A stretch of 64,000 nucleotides of DNA from Candidatus Nanopelagicaceae bacterium (lineage in GTDB: Bacteria > Actinomycetota > Actinomycetes > Nanopelagicales > Nanopelagicaceae): contig VEQG01000007.1 of assembly GCA_018883345.1 (NCBI GenBank), forward strand, positions 866-64,865, written 5' to 3'. Every line of letters begins with the position of its first letter. The stretch's first letter is position 1. A program made the position numbers and the translations under genes. Below are positions 46,365 to 55,655 of the stretch, piece by piece. Below the pieces are notes generated by a model, which saw only the letters and a list, made by a program, of their open reading frames with translations, did no database searches and was not told the origin of the DNA.

Positions 46365-47096
46365 ATGGTTGAAATTGTCGCAATTTTCATTGTTGGATTA
46401 GCTGTTGGTTTTCTCAACGGGTTTGCAGGTGGCGCCTCCGTACTATCTTTTCCTGCAATGATTGCGGTCGGATTGAATCCGGTGACAGCCGCGATGACCA
46501 ATGCGCTAGGCGTTTGGACTGCAAATGTTGGTGCATTATTTGGAAGATTTAATGAGATTAAAGGAATCATCAAAGCGGAGAGTCAACTAATCGGATTTTC
46601 AATGATTGGTGCCGTTATTGGTGGACTGGCGCTAGCGCTGATGCCAATAGCAGGGTTTCAAAAGTTAGTTCCAATTCTGATCTTAATAGCATCCTTATCG
46701 CTTTTTATTAAAGTAAAAGAGAATTTAACTCCCTTAAAGCAGAAAATTGAATACTTCTGGCTGACTGCTATTGGATTCTATGCGGGCTACTTTGGTCCTG
46801 GTCAAGGTGTTATGACTATTGCAGTTCTTGCTAGAGATGCCAAAAGAACTGTCTCTGATATCAATGTAAGTAAGAATGTGGTTGTAACAATGACCTGCAT
46901 CGGTTCTAATTTGATTTATATCGCTAGTGGAAAAGTTGATTGGACATTTGCTGCAGTTTTGGCGGTTAGCTGTGCAATTGGCGGTTATTTCGGTGCAAAA
47001 GTTGTAGACAAATTTAGTCGTGATGCATACCGAATGGGAATATTTGCAATCGGACTGCTTTGCGCAGTCTGGTTTGCTTACGAATATTGGGCTTAA
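46365..47096 (+). CDS. TauE/SafE-family anion (sulfite/organosulfonate) exporter-like membrane protein
   Basis: About 243 aa multi-TM protein with GFLNGFAGGAS and GYFGPGQG repeats typical of the family. The start is refined to the ATG at 46365. Confidence 0.7.
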   Translation: MVEIVAIFIVGLAVGFLNGFAGGASVLSFPAMIAVGLNPVTAAMTNALGVWTANVGALFGRFNEIKGIIKAESQLIGFSMIGAVIGGLALALMPIAGFQKLVPILILIASLSLFIKVKENLTPLKQKIEYFWLTAIGFYAGYFGPGQGVMTIAVLARDAKRTVSDINVSKNVVVTMTCIGSNLIYIASGKVDWTFAAVLAVSCAIGGYFGAKVVDKFSRDAYRMGIFAIGLLCAVWFAYEYWA

Positions 47097-47104
47097 ATAC
47101 TCAA

Positions 47105-47566
47105 TTACTCATCGTCGTGACGACGATTTGCGGTAATTTCCAACATATGTGTAGAACGTAAAACAATCAAAATAATAATTGTTAATCCGATTGAAGCAAC
47201 CTGGAAGCCAAGGCCAACTGCACAACCCATCGCGGCTGTTGCAAAGACTGTTGCTGCGGTTGTAACGCCTTTAGTACCTGAATCACGCGTCTGGAAAATT
47301 AAGCCGGCACCAAGAAAACCAATGCCAGTAATGATTGCGTGCATTGCACGTGTTGGATCTCCGAACTGTGCATTTTCGCCAAGGATATGACCAATATTTA
47401 CTATTGCGGCTGCCGAGGCGCCAACCAGAGCCATGGTGCGAGGTCCTACAGATTTACCTGCGCGATCACGTTCCCAACCAATTGCTGAACCTAGTAATGC
47501 AGCGATAGCCGCGTTAATTACAACTAAAAATTGGTCAGCTAATGCGATGGCTTCAAAATCAATCAT
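47105..47566 (-). CDS. MgtC/SapB-family membrane protein
   Basis: 153 aa. GWERDRAGK...GPRTMALV..AA and ITGIGFLGAG motifs. Confidence 0.75.
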   Translation of the reverse strand: MIDFEAIALADQFLVVINAAIAALLGSAIGWERDRAGKSVGPRTMALVGASAAAIVNIGHILGENAQFGDPTRAMHAIITGIGFLGAGLIFQTRDSGTKGVTTAATVFATAAMGCAVGLGFQVASIGLTIIILIVLRSTHMLEITANRRHDDE

Positions 47567-48272
47567 TTGATGAGTTTACGCTTCTTTGACGCGCATTCCA
47601 AGTATGAATGATGGAGATTCCAAAAATATAAAGTGGAAATAGAACCAAAATTGGTTTTAGCGCCGATTCACCCGATGGATATTGGAACGAGAGCGCAGTC
47701 AATGCAACAAAATAGATAACAGCCAACGACCAAGTTAATGGCCGTAAAAATTCCACTTTAACTAAATGTGGAAACTGCAGCTTACTTAGGCTCAAAACAG
47801 ATAGCACAATAATGATTGCAATTATGTAACTTTGTCTTGTTCCTAAAATTATGAAAGTAGGAATAACCAAATTCCAAGCCGCCGGAAAACCATTAAACCA
47901 ATGATCATCTGTTTCTTGATCTGTGCGAGCAAACCACAAGGCGCCTGTGAAAATAATTAGACCTGAAAAAAATAATCCCCAGTGGCCAGTTAATAAATCC
48001 AATCTGACCAACATCACAACTGGCACTACAACGCAAGTTACATAGTCGACTACTAAGTCAAGAATATGACCGTCAAATCTGGTGGCATGAATGTGGATAT
48101 CGATTTTTCTTGCCATCGGACCATCAAATCCATCAATGATTTGGCAAGCGATTAACCAAAGTAATCCACTGCGATAGTCGCCATTGATGAATTCTTCAAG
48201 CGAAATTAGCCCTGCAATTGCACCAAAAGCTGTGATGGAATGAATTAAATAGCCGGCAACGACTTTACGCAT
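47559..48272 (-). CDS. pcs: CDP-alcohol phosphatidyltransferase, phosphatidylcholine synthase (Pcs)-like
   Basis: 237 aa. The motif DGFDGPMAR-x12-G-HIL-D-LVV-D has the 12-residue spacing I recall as Pcs-specific. It also resembles rhizobial Pcs as I remember it (HSITAFG, FNGFPAAWN, FPHLVKVEFLRP). Confidence 0.65.
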   Translation of the reverse strand: MRKVVAGYLIHSITAFGAIAGLISLEEFINGDYRSGLLWLIACQIIDGFDGPMARKIDIHIHATRFDGHILDLVVDYVTCVVVPVVMLVRLDLLTGHWGLFFSGLIIFTGALWFARTDQETDDHWFNGFPAAWNLVIPTFIILGTRQSYIIAIIIVLSVLSLSKLQFPHLVKVEFLRPLTWSLAVIYFVALTALSFQYPSGESALKPILVLFPLYIFGISIIHTWNARQRSVNSSND

Positions 48273-49147
48273 TAGATAGCTTCAGACATCGCTTTAGTAT
48301 GAGCGGGCGAGGATCCGCAGCATGAACCAATCACATTAACGCCAAGCTCTTTCATGTCCAGTGCGTATTTAGCCATCTCTTCAGGTGTTCCGTCATAAAC
48401 AAAATCGCCGCCGACTAATTTTGGCAGCCCGGCATTGGATTGCGTAATGATGAAGACACCATCAGGACGTGCTTCGGTTAACTCTTTTGCGATTACTCGC
48501 ATCTCATCAACTCCGCGACCACAATTTGCTCCGATAATGCGAACACCTTCAGCAGCTAGAGTTTTTACTGCAACCGCTGGCTTGACTCCCATCATGGTGC
48601 GTAAATTTGTATCAAAAGAAAAAGTAACAATTATTGGCAAATTTGGCGCAATTTCTTTAGCTGCTCTAACTGCAGCTTCTACTTCTTGTAAGTCGCTCAT
48701 GGTTTCGATCAATATTGCATCAACACCGCCAGCTACTAACGCTTTGATTTGATCCGCAAAAAGCGCCTTGGCTTCGTCAATTGTCATTGTGCCCATAGGT
48801 TCCATCAATTCACCTGAAGGTCCTACATCACCCATTACAAAACAGCCTGGATGACGATCTGCAACTTTGCGGGCAATCTCTGCGCCGGCTTTATTTAATT
48901 CAAAAAGTCGATCTTCAAGACCATGCATCTGCAATCTACCGCGAGTGCCACCGAAAGTATTGGTGGTAATTAAATTTGCGCCAGCCGCTGCATATTCTTC
49001 CAGGACCTCTTCAATTGCGGTTGGGTTTTCTACATTCCATAATTCAGGAGCGCCACCGTCAGTTAATCCTTTTCCCTGCAACATGGTTCCCATGGCGCCA
49101 TCTGAAATCAATATTCCCTTTTCAAGCGCTTCATAAATTGCTGACAT
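48272..49147 (-). CDS. Homocysteine S-methyltransferase domain protein (BHMT-like or stand-alone MetH Hcy module)
   Basis: About 291 aa. DGAMGT, TNTFGG and Zn-ligand cysteines GANCG and GSCCGSSP. The start is refined to the ATG at 49147. 1-nt TAATG overlap with pcs. Confidence 0.75.
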   Translation of the reverse strand: MSAIYEALEKGILISDGAMGTMLQGKGLTDGGAPELWNVENPTAIEEVLEEYAAAGANLITTNTFGGTRGRLQMHGLEDRLFELNKAGAEIARKVADRHPGCFVMGDVGPSGELMEPMGTMTIDEAKALFADQIKALVAGGVDAILIETMSDLQEVEAAVRAAKEIAPNLPIIVTFSFDTNLRTMMGVKPAVAVKTLAAEGVRIIGANCGRGVDEMRVIAKELTEARPDGVFIITQSNAGLPKLVGGDFVYDGTPEEMAKYALDMKELGVNVIGSCCGSSPAHTKAMSEAI

Positions 49148-49202
49148 AACTACCCCTATCGGAAGCTGAATTCTACTAACCTTGCATTGAGGAGACCAAC
49201 AC

Positions 49203-50315
49203 ATGACTATGAAAACCGGTTACGTTTATCACGAACTCTTTGGCTGGCATGACACCGGCACAAATGCAGGCTTCTTTCCAAGCGATCCTGCCAAAGGATT
49301 ACAGCCATTCTTAAATTATGAGAACGCTGAGACCAAGAAACGTATTCATGAGCTGATAGTCGTATCTGGACTAATTGATCATTTGCATCGTATCCCTGCG
49401 CGTCATGCAACTGATGATGAATTGCTATTAGTGCATCCGCAAAGTTATTTAACCAATCTCAAGAAAATTAGCGAACAAAGACTTGGTGGCGATGCCGGAG
49501 ATGGTGAGACACCGCTTGCAAAAGGTGGATATGAAATTGGAACAATGGCGGTTGGTGCGGTTACGGCGCTGGCACAATCCATAATGTCAGGAGAAGTTGA
49601 TAACGGTTACGCACTCGTACGCCCACCTGGACATCATGCAATACGTTCGGGCGGAATGGGTTATTGTCTCTTTTCAAATCTTGGTATCGCGCTCTCTGTA
49701 ATCAAACGTGACAATCCCGGAATTCGAATCGCTACTGTTGATTGGGACGTTCACCACGGAAATGGAACTCAAGATGTTTTTTACAATGATCCAAATGTTC
49801 TAACAATTTCATTACATCAAGATCGTCTTTATCCAAGAAATTCTGGAATGAGAAGTGAAATAGGTGAAGGTGCAGGTATTAACACCAATTTAAATATCCC
49901 ATTGCCTGCAGGAACCGGTAATGGCGGTTACCAGTATGCCTTTGAACACGTGGTTGCTCCTGCCATCAAGAAATTTAATCCTGATTTAATTGCAGTGGCT
50001 TCCGGCTTTGATTCTTGCGTATACGATCCATTGGGTCGAATGATGCTCACTGCTAATGGTTACGCAAAGTTAACTGAAATTCTGATGAGTGTATCTAAGA
50101 ATAATAAATTAATGATTGCCCACGAAGGTGGTTATAACGCGGTCTATTCACCGTTCTGTGGACTTTTTGTTTTACAACAATTATCTGGTGTTAAGAAGTT
50201 AGATGACCCATTCGACCACACAGAGAATTACCCAGGGCAGGCGCTATTTGAACATCAAAAATTCGAAGTGGATGAAGCTGCAAAACTCTTAAGTGCACTA
50301 CCTGATAATCGATAA
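49203..50315 (+). CDS. Histone deacetylase-family amidohydrolase (acetylpolyamine/acetoin-utilisation type)
   Basis: 370 aa. RPPGHHA, DWDVHHGNGTQ and GFD...DPLG motifs of the arginase/deacetylase fold. Confidence 0.8.
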   Translation: MTMKTGYVYHELFGWHDTGTNAGFFPSDPAKGLQPFLNYENAETKKRIHELIVVSGLIDHLHRIPARHATDDELLLVHPQSYLTNLKKISEQRLGGDAGDGETPLAKGGYEIGTMAVGAVTALAQSIMSGEVDNGYALVRPPGHHAIRSGGMGYCLFSNLGIALSVIKRDNPGIRIATVDWDVHHGNGTQDVFYNDPNVLTISLHQDRLYPRNSGMRSEIGEGAGINTNLNIPLPAGTGNGGYQYAFEHVVAPAIKKFNPDLIAVASGFDSCVYDPLGRMMLTANGYAKLTEILMSVSKNNKLMIAHEGGYNAVYSPFCGLFVLQQLSGVKKLDDPFDHTENYPGQALFEHQKFEVDEAAKLLSALPDNR

Positions 50316-50740
50316 ACAGTCCATTCATCCATCGCTTCAGCACCGATAGATTTATAGAACTTAATCGAAGGTTCATTCCAATCCAAAACCCACCATTGAA
50401 ATCTTTCGTAGCCGTGGTCAAAACAATGTTTTGCCAAAGTTTTCATTAATTGCAGACCCAAGCCTTGGCCGCGAAATTCAGGTTTAACAAATAGATCCTC
50501 TAGATATAAACCTGCTTTACCTAACCAGGTGGAGTAATTAAGAAACCAAATTGCTATGCCAACTATTTGACCATCCACTTCTGCAACATGGCAGAAAGCA
50601 ACAGGATTTGCCCCAAATAAATTCTCTTCTATATCGGAAACTGTGGCTACAACTGCATCAGGTTCACGCTCATAAATCGCCAGCTCAATAATGAGTTCAT
50701 AGATGGCTTGTACATCACTTTTCTTCGCTTCACGGATCAT
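50255..50740 (-). CDS. GNAT N-acetyltransferase, spermidine/spermine (diamine) acetyltransferase-like
   Basis: About 161 aa. LYLEDLFVKPEFRGQGLGLQL and WNEPSIKFYKSIGA resemble SSAT-type enzymes. The start is refined to 50740. The 3' end overlaps the deacetylase gene by 61 nt. Confidence 0.75.
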   Translation of the reverse strand: MIREAKKSDVQAIYELIIELAIYEREPDAVVATVSDIEENLFGANPVAFCHVAEVDGQIVGIAIWFLNYSTWLGKAGLYLEDLFVKPEFRGQGLGLQLMKTLAKHCFDHGYERFQWWVLDWNEPSIKFYKSIGAEAMDEWTVYRLSGSALKSFAASSTSNF

Positions 50741-50763
50741 GAAGCAAAGGCTACTCTTAAGGT

Positions 50764-51648
50764 ATGAATGTTGTTGAGATTCAAGGCTTAACAAAGTTCT
50801 ATGGCGATGTTGTAGGTATTGAAAATCTAAACCTAGAAATTAAAGCTGGCGAAGTTGTTGGGTTTCTCGGTCCTAACGGTGCCGGCAAATCAACCACAAT
50901 TCGAGTGCTACTTGGATTAATAAATGCCAGTAGCGGTAGAGCATCTTTTAATGGCGCTGATGCGCTTACCAAAAATCCAGATTTAAGGAGCCAAGTTGGT
51001 TACTTACCTGGTGCGCCAACTTATTACAATCGATATAAAGCTCTGGATTTCCTAAAGATGTTTGCGGATATCCGTGGTGTAAATTGCGATGAAATTATTT
51101 ATGACTATGCCAGACGGCTGAAATTGGACTTAACCAAGAAAATTGGTGAACTTTCTAAGGGTAATCGTCAGAAAGTTGCTGTTATTCAAGCCTTTATGCA
51201 CCAACCAAAAATCTTATTCCTGGACGAACCAACTAGTGGGTTAGATCCATTGGTTCAAATCGAATTTGAAAAAATACTTGATGAAGCCAAAGCTCGAGGT
51301 GCGGCAGTCCTGCTCTCTTCACATGTAATGAGCGAGGTAGAACATTTGGCAGACCGAGTAGCCATTATAAACAAGGGGCGACTAATGGTCTTTGAAGATA
51401 TTGCCACCTTGAGGTCAAGAACAATCAGAAAAATAGATCTGCATTTTCCGGCAATTACTTCAGCAGAGCGATTTAAATCCTTATCTTCAGTTTCGGAAGT
51501 TGATGTACATGGAAAGCGCATTACCTGCACCGTCGTAGGGTCTGAACATGAACTACTAAAGCTTGCAGTTGAACTTGGCGTAGAAAATGTTAAAACTCAC
51601 GAAACTAGTTTGGAAGATATTTTTCTTGCGGAAGTTGGTCGCAATTGA
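50764..51648 (+). CDS. ABC-2-type exporter ATP-binding protein
   Basis: 294 aa. Walker A GPNGAGKST, signature LSKGNRQK, Walker B LFLDEPTSGLD. Confidence 0.85.
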   Translation: MNVVEIQGLTKFYGDVVGIENLNLEIKAGEVVGFLGPNGAGKSTTIRVLLGLINASSGRASFNGADALTKNPDLRSQVGYLPGAPTYYNRYKALDFLKMFADIRGVNCDEIIYDYARRLKLDLTKKIGELSKGNRQKVAVIQAFMHQPKILFLDEPTSGLDPLVQIEFEKILDEAKARGAAVLLSSHVMSEVEHLADRVAIINKGRLMVFEDIATLRSRTIRKIDLHFPAITSAERFKSLSSVSEVDVHGKRITCTVVGSEHELLKLAVELGVENVKTHETSLEDIFLAEVGRN

Positions 51649-52445
51649 ATCGCCAGCTCTTCTTTCAAACTTGGCGTAGCCATTGGAAATCTTTCATCTC
51701 ATGGGCCGCCGTACTGATAGTTATGAATTCAATAGAACTTTCGGTTTACCCCACAATGAGTAAATCCGGTGATTCTATGAAGAGCTTCTTAGACTCCTTT
51801 CCTGAAGGCTTTAAGAAAATGTTTCGAATGGAAGACTATTTTTCAGGTCCAGGTTTTCTAAACACTGAGCTTTTTAGCCTAATAATTCCAATGGTAATGA
51901 TTGGTGTCGGGTTGGCATGGGGTGCCGGTGCCACTGCAGACGATGAGGAACGCGGAACAGCAGATATGCTCTTTGCACTTCCAATCACAAGATCCAAAAT
52001 TCTTTGGTCAAGATTGATTGCAATGATTAGTGCACTTGGTTTGCTCGCAGTTATTAATTTCATTAATCTCATGATTGGCGCCAGGATTGTAAATATGCAA
52101 TTAACGGCTACTCAGGTTGCCGCTGGATCTGTTGGCTGTTTCTTAATCGGAATGCTCTTTGCCTCATTAGGTGCGCTATTGGGAGCACTTTTAGGCAAGA
52201 GAGGTGCTTCACTTGGAATCGGATCTGGGTTGGCAATCCTTTTCTATGTTTTCTACACCTTAACAGCTTTAGTAACAAGATTTGATTTCATTAAGCCAAT
52301 TAATCCATTTCAGTGGTTAATTGAAGCTAATCAATTGATTGAAGGCTTTAAATGGAGTACAAATTTCAAGTTCTTGATTCTTTCAGCGCTTTGCGCCATT
52401 TCTGCCTCATGGATAATTAATCGTAGAGACATTCATTCAAATTGA
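51645..52445 (+). CDS. ABC-2-family exporter permease
   Basis: 266 aa, about 6 TM helices. 4-nt overlap with the ATPase gene. Confidence 0.65.
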   Translation: MNRQLFFQTWRSHWKSFISWAAVLIVMNSIELSVYPTMSKSGDSMKSFLDSFPEGFKKMFRMEDYFSGPGFLNTELFSLIIPMVMIGVGLAWGAGATADDEERGTADMLFALPITRSKILWSRLIAMISALGLLAVINFINLMIGARIVNMQLTATQVAAGSVGCFLIGMLFASLGALLGALLGKRGASLGIGSGLAILFYVFYTLTALVTRFDFIKPINPFQWLIEANQLIEGFKWSTNFKFLILSALCAISASWIINRRDIHSN

Positions 52446-52446
52446 A

Positions 52447-54246
52447 CTATTTTGAACTTAAAGTTGTTAAAGCCCACATAATTGCTAGCAAGTCAATAAA
52501 TTCTTGAGCAATTGCTCCTTGGCTGGGAGTTAATAGATTGAAAGCCGCAGCGAACATCGCAATCAACGCCAGACCCATTCCACCAATTGATGCCTGCATA
52601 GCCTTTGAGTGAGAAAGCTTTGCAATTGAAATCGCGCTCACGACCCGATCGATTGAGTCCTCAATAATTACCACGTCTGCGGCTTCGCTAGCTGCGGATG
52701 CCCCTCTTGCGCCCATCGCAATACCTACATCAGAAGCCGCTAAAGCTGGGGCATCATTAATTCCATCGCCGACCACAATGACACTTCCTGAAACTTTATT
52801 TCGATACTCGTGAACTACATTTAATTTAGTTTCAGGAGATGAATTGGCTATGACTCTGTTGATTCCTAACTCACTGGCGACAATAGAGGCAGTCTCTTCT
52901 TTGTCACCAGTGACCATAACGATTTCGATTACTCCCAATTTATGTAAGTCACTAATTGTTTTTTTCGATTCAGAACGAATTGGGTCTTCTAATCCAAAAA
53001 TTGCAATCAGCTGATTGTTGATGTGCAATGCAACAATTAAAGGTTGTTTCAGATTTGCCCAGCTTGGCAGGTCTGTCGGCGCCGCACCCACTCGTATCAG
53101 GACTCCATCTATTTCTCCAGATACTTCTTTGCCATGTTCTTCGACCACATTTGAAGCGCTAAGCAATGAAATGCCTCTGTTTTTAGCTTCATCCACCAAT
53201 GATTTAGCAACTACATGTGGGCTGTATTGATCTAAAGATGCCGCCATTTGTAATGCATATTCATGGGTAATTCCCGATGAAGTAACAATTTCGGTAATGA
53301 CTGGCCCGCCGTGCGTAACTGTTCCGGTTTTATCTAAAAGAACAACTTCGGCTTTGCTTAACTTCTCTAATACCGCGCCACCTTTAATAACCGCACCACT
53401 TTTAGTGGCTCTAGACATCCCAGAAACTAAAGCAATTGGTACTGCCAGAATTAGAGGGCAAGGAGTAGCAACTACTAAAACCGCAACAGTTCGAGTTGCA
53501 TCGCCAGTAAGCAAAAATGTTAATGCTGCCATTGCCATAGTGATTGGCACAAAACGTAGCGCCCATTTATTTGCAAGTCGAATATTCGGAGAAGATTGTG
53601 CTCTTGAATTGCGAACCATTGTGACAATTCCAGAATATGTACTTTGGCTTACATTTCCGGAAGCTATCATTTCAAATGCATTCCCTGCATTAATGGTGCC
53701 ACTAATTACAGAACCTGCTTTTTCCAATAGAACTGGCATTGGTTCTCCAGTTAATGCAGATTGATCTAGGTAACAAGTTTCTTGAGCAATTCCGTCTACA
53801 GGAACAATTTCACCGGATTTAACTAGCAATCGATTATTTATCTCGACATCCTCAATTTTAATTACTTCTAATTGACCAGTCTTTGTAATTCTGTTTGCCA
53901 ACTTTGGCATTCGATCGATTAGTGATTTCAATGCAAAATCTGCGCGCCCCTCTGCCCAACTTTCCAGAGCTCGACCGGAAGCCAACATGAATGAGATCAC
54001 GGCGGCGGCAAAAAACTCTCTTATTGCCAGAGCTCCAACGATTGAAAAGATGGCTAAAACATCAGATCCCATCTGTTTATCTTTAAGTTCATCTAAAACC
54101 CATTTAATAGATGGGATTAATCCGATAAAACCACCAATTGCCCATGGAATATCGGCGCTAATGTTCAGAAAATATTTAAAAATTAGACCAAGCGCTAACG
54201 CAGTCGTCGATGAATAAAGTAACGCCGCAGTCACCTTGTCTTTCAC
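52447..54246 (-). CDS. P1B-type heavy-metal ATPase, TPCP transmembrane motif, no N-terminal metal-binding domain
   Basis: 599 aa. TGEP, DKTGTVT and GDGINDAPAL motifs. The TM metal site is ATPCPLILAVP. No CxxC/HMA domain. GTG start. Confidence 0.85.
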   Translation of the reverse strand: MKDKVTAALLYSSTTALALGLIFKYFLNISADIPWAIGGFIGLIPSIKWVLDELKDKQMGSDVLAIFSIVGALAIREFFAAAVISFMLASGRALESWAEGRADFALKSLIDRMPKLANRITKTGQLEVIKIEDVEINNRLLVKSGEIVPVDGIAQETCYLDQSALTGEPMPVLLEKAGSVISGTINAGNAFEMIASGNVSQSTYSGIVTMVRNSRAQSSPNIRLANKWALRFVPITMAMAALTFLLTGDATRTVAVLVVATPCPLILAVPIALVSGMSRATKSGAVIKGGAVLEKLSKAEVVLLDKTGTVTHGGPVITEIVTSSGITHEYALQMAASLDQYSPHVVAKSLVDEAKNRGISLLSASNVVEEHGKEVSGEIDGVLIRVGAAPTDLPSWANLKQPLIVALHINNQLIAIFGLEDPIRSESKKTISDLHKLGVIEIVMVTGDKEETASIVASELGINRVIANSSPETKLNVVHEYRNKVSGSVIVVGDGINDAPALAASDVGIAMGARGASAASEAADVVIIEDSIDRVVSAISIAKLSHSKAMQASIGGMGLALIAMFAAAFNLLTPSQGAIAQEFIDLLAIMWALTTLSSK

Positions 54247-54269
54247 ATTCCTTACGATAGTCTTTAAAC

Positions 54270-55655
54270 ATGTCTCCGACCATCAAATTCCTCGGCGCAG
54301 TCGGAACTGTGACTGGTAGTCGTTTCATCGTGCAAGGAAAATCATCAAAAGTGATGATTGATTGTGGTTTATATCAAGGCTTAAAAGAGCTGCGGCTTAA
54401 GAATTGGGAGAAGTTCTCCGAGGATCCACAATCTATTGATGCAATAGTTATTTCACATGCGCATTTAGACCATTGTGGTTATCTGCCGAAATTGGTTCGA
54501 GAAGGATATGACGGTCCGATTTATTGCACCCCATACACTGCAAAACTAGCGGCAATCGTTTTACGAGATTCTGCAAAATTACAAACCGAAGATGCTAAAT
54601 ATGCAAAGAAAAAGGGTTTTTCAAAACATAAAGACCCCACCGGCCTTTATAACGCCGAAGAGGCAGAAAAGGCGATTTCGCTATTTCACCCAATTCCTTT
54701 CCACGAACCCTTTGAAGTAGCCAAAGATGTCACAGTGACATTCCATAGAAGCGGACATATTTTGGGTTCCTCTTTTGTCGATCTAACGGTTGAGGGTAAG
54801 AGAGTTGTATTCACTGGAGATATTGGACGCGGTAATCACATGGTGCTTACCAATCCTGACTTAATTCCGAAAGGTGCTATTTCAGCTTTGGTAACCGAAT
54901 CCACTTACGGTGATCGCACGCACCCTAAGACAGATGACTCTTTGGCTGATGCGATTAATCGCACTATCAAACGACGTGGCAATATTTTGATTCCAGCTTT
55001 TGCCGTAGATCGCACTGAAATTATGTTGATGACATTAAAGAAGTTGATTAAAACTAAGAAGATCCCAAATTTACCAATTTATGTCGATTCTCCTATGGCA
55101 CTTTCCGCCCTTAATCATTATAGAGATGCAATAAATTCAAAATCTCCCGAAATTCGCCCAGAGCTTTTTAATCTCAGTGAAGACCCTTTTGATCCGGGAA
55201 CATTAAATGAAGCAACAACTGTTGAAGCATCTAAAGCAATTAATGATATTGATCAGCCTTCAATAATCATTTCGGCAAGTGGCATGGCTACCGGTGGTCG
55301 TGTTGTGCATCATCTCGAACATATGTTGCCGAACCCGAATAATTCGGTTCTGCTCGTCGGTTATCAGGCTGCAGGTACTCGTGGCCAATATCTATTATCT
55401 GGCGCCAAAACTATAAAAATGTATGGCAAATTCGTTGATGTGAACGCCGAAATAGTTCAAATAGAAGAGTTTTCAGTTCATGCCGATAGCGAAGAATTAA
55501 TTAAATGGTTTAGGAGTGCCGATTCCACTCCAAATTGTGTATATGCGGTTCACGGTGAATCCAGCTCAGCAGAAAGTTTTGCTAATTTGATTCATAATAA
55601 ACTCAATTGGAATGCGCAAGTTCCTAAATTAGATCAAATTTATGAACTTAATTAG
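54270..55655 (+). CDS. MBL-fold beta-CASP hydrolase (RNA-metabolising nuclease family)
   Basis: 461 aa. HAHLDHCG metallo-beta-lactamase motif, beta-CASP region, and a C-terminal SVHAD...VHGE motif. Confidence 0.8.
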   Translation: MSPTIKFLGAVGTVTGSRFIVQGKSSKVMIDCGLYQGLKELRLKNWEKFSEDPQSIDAIVISHAHLDHCGYLPKLVREGYDGPIYCTPYTAKLAAIVLRDSAKLQTEDAKYAKKKGFSKHKDPTGLYNAEEAEKAISLFHPIPFHEPFEVAKDVTVTFHRSGHILGSSFVDLTVEGKRVVFTGDIGRGNHMVLTNPDLIPKGAISALVTESTYGDRTHPKTDDSLADAINRTIKRRGNILIPAFAVDRTEIMLMTLKKLIKTKKIPNLPIYVDSPMALSALNHYRDAINSKSPEIRPELFNLSEDPFDPGTLNEATTVEASKAINDIDQPSIIISASGMATGGRVVHHLEHMLPNPNNSVLLVGYQAAGTRGQYLLSGAKTIKMYGKFVDVNAEIVQIEEFSVHADSEELIKWFRSADSTPNCVYAVHGESSSAESFANLIHNKLNWNAQVPKLDQIYELN

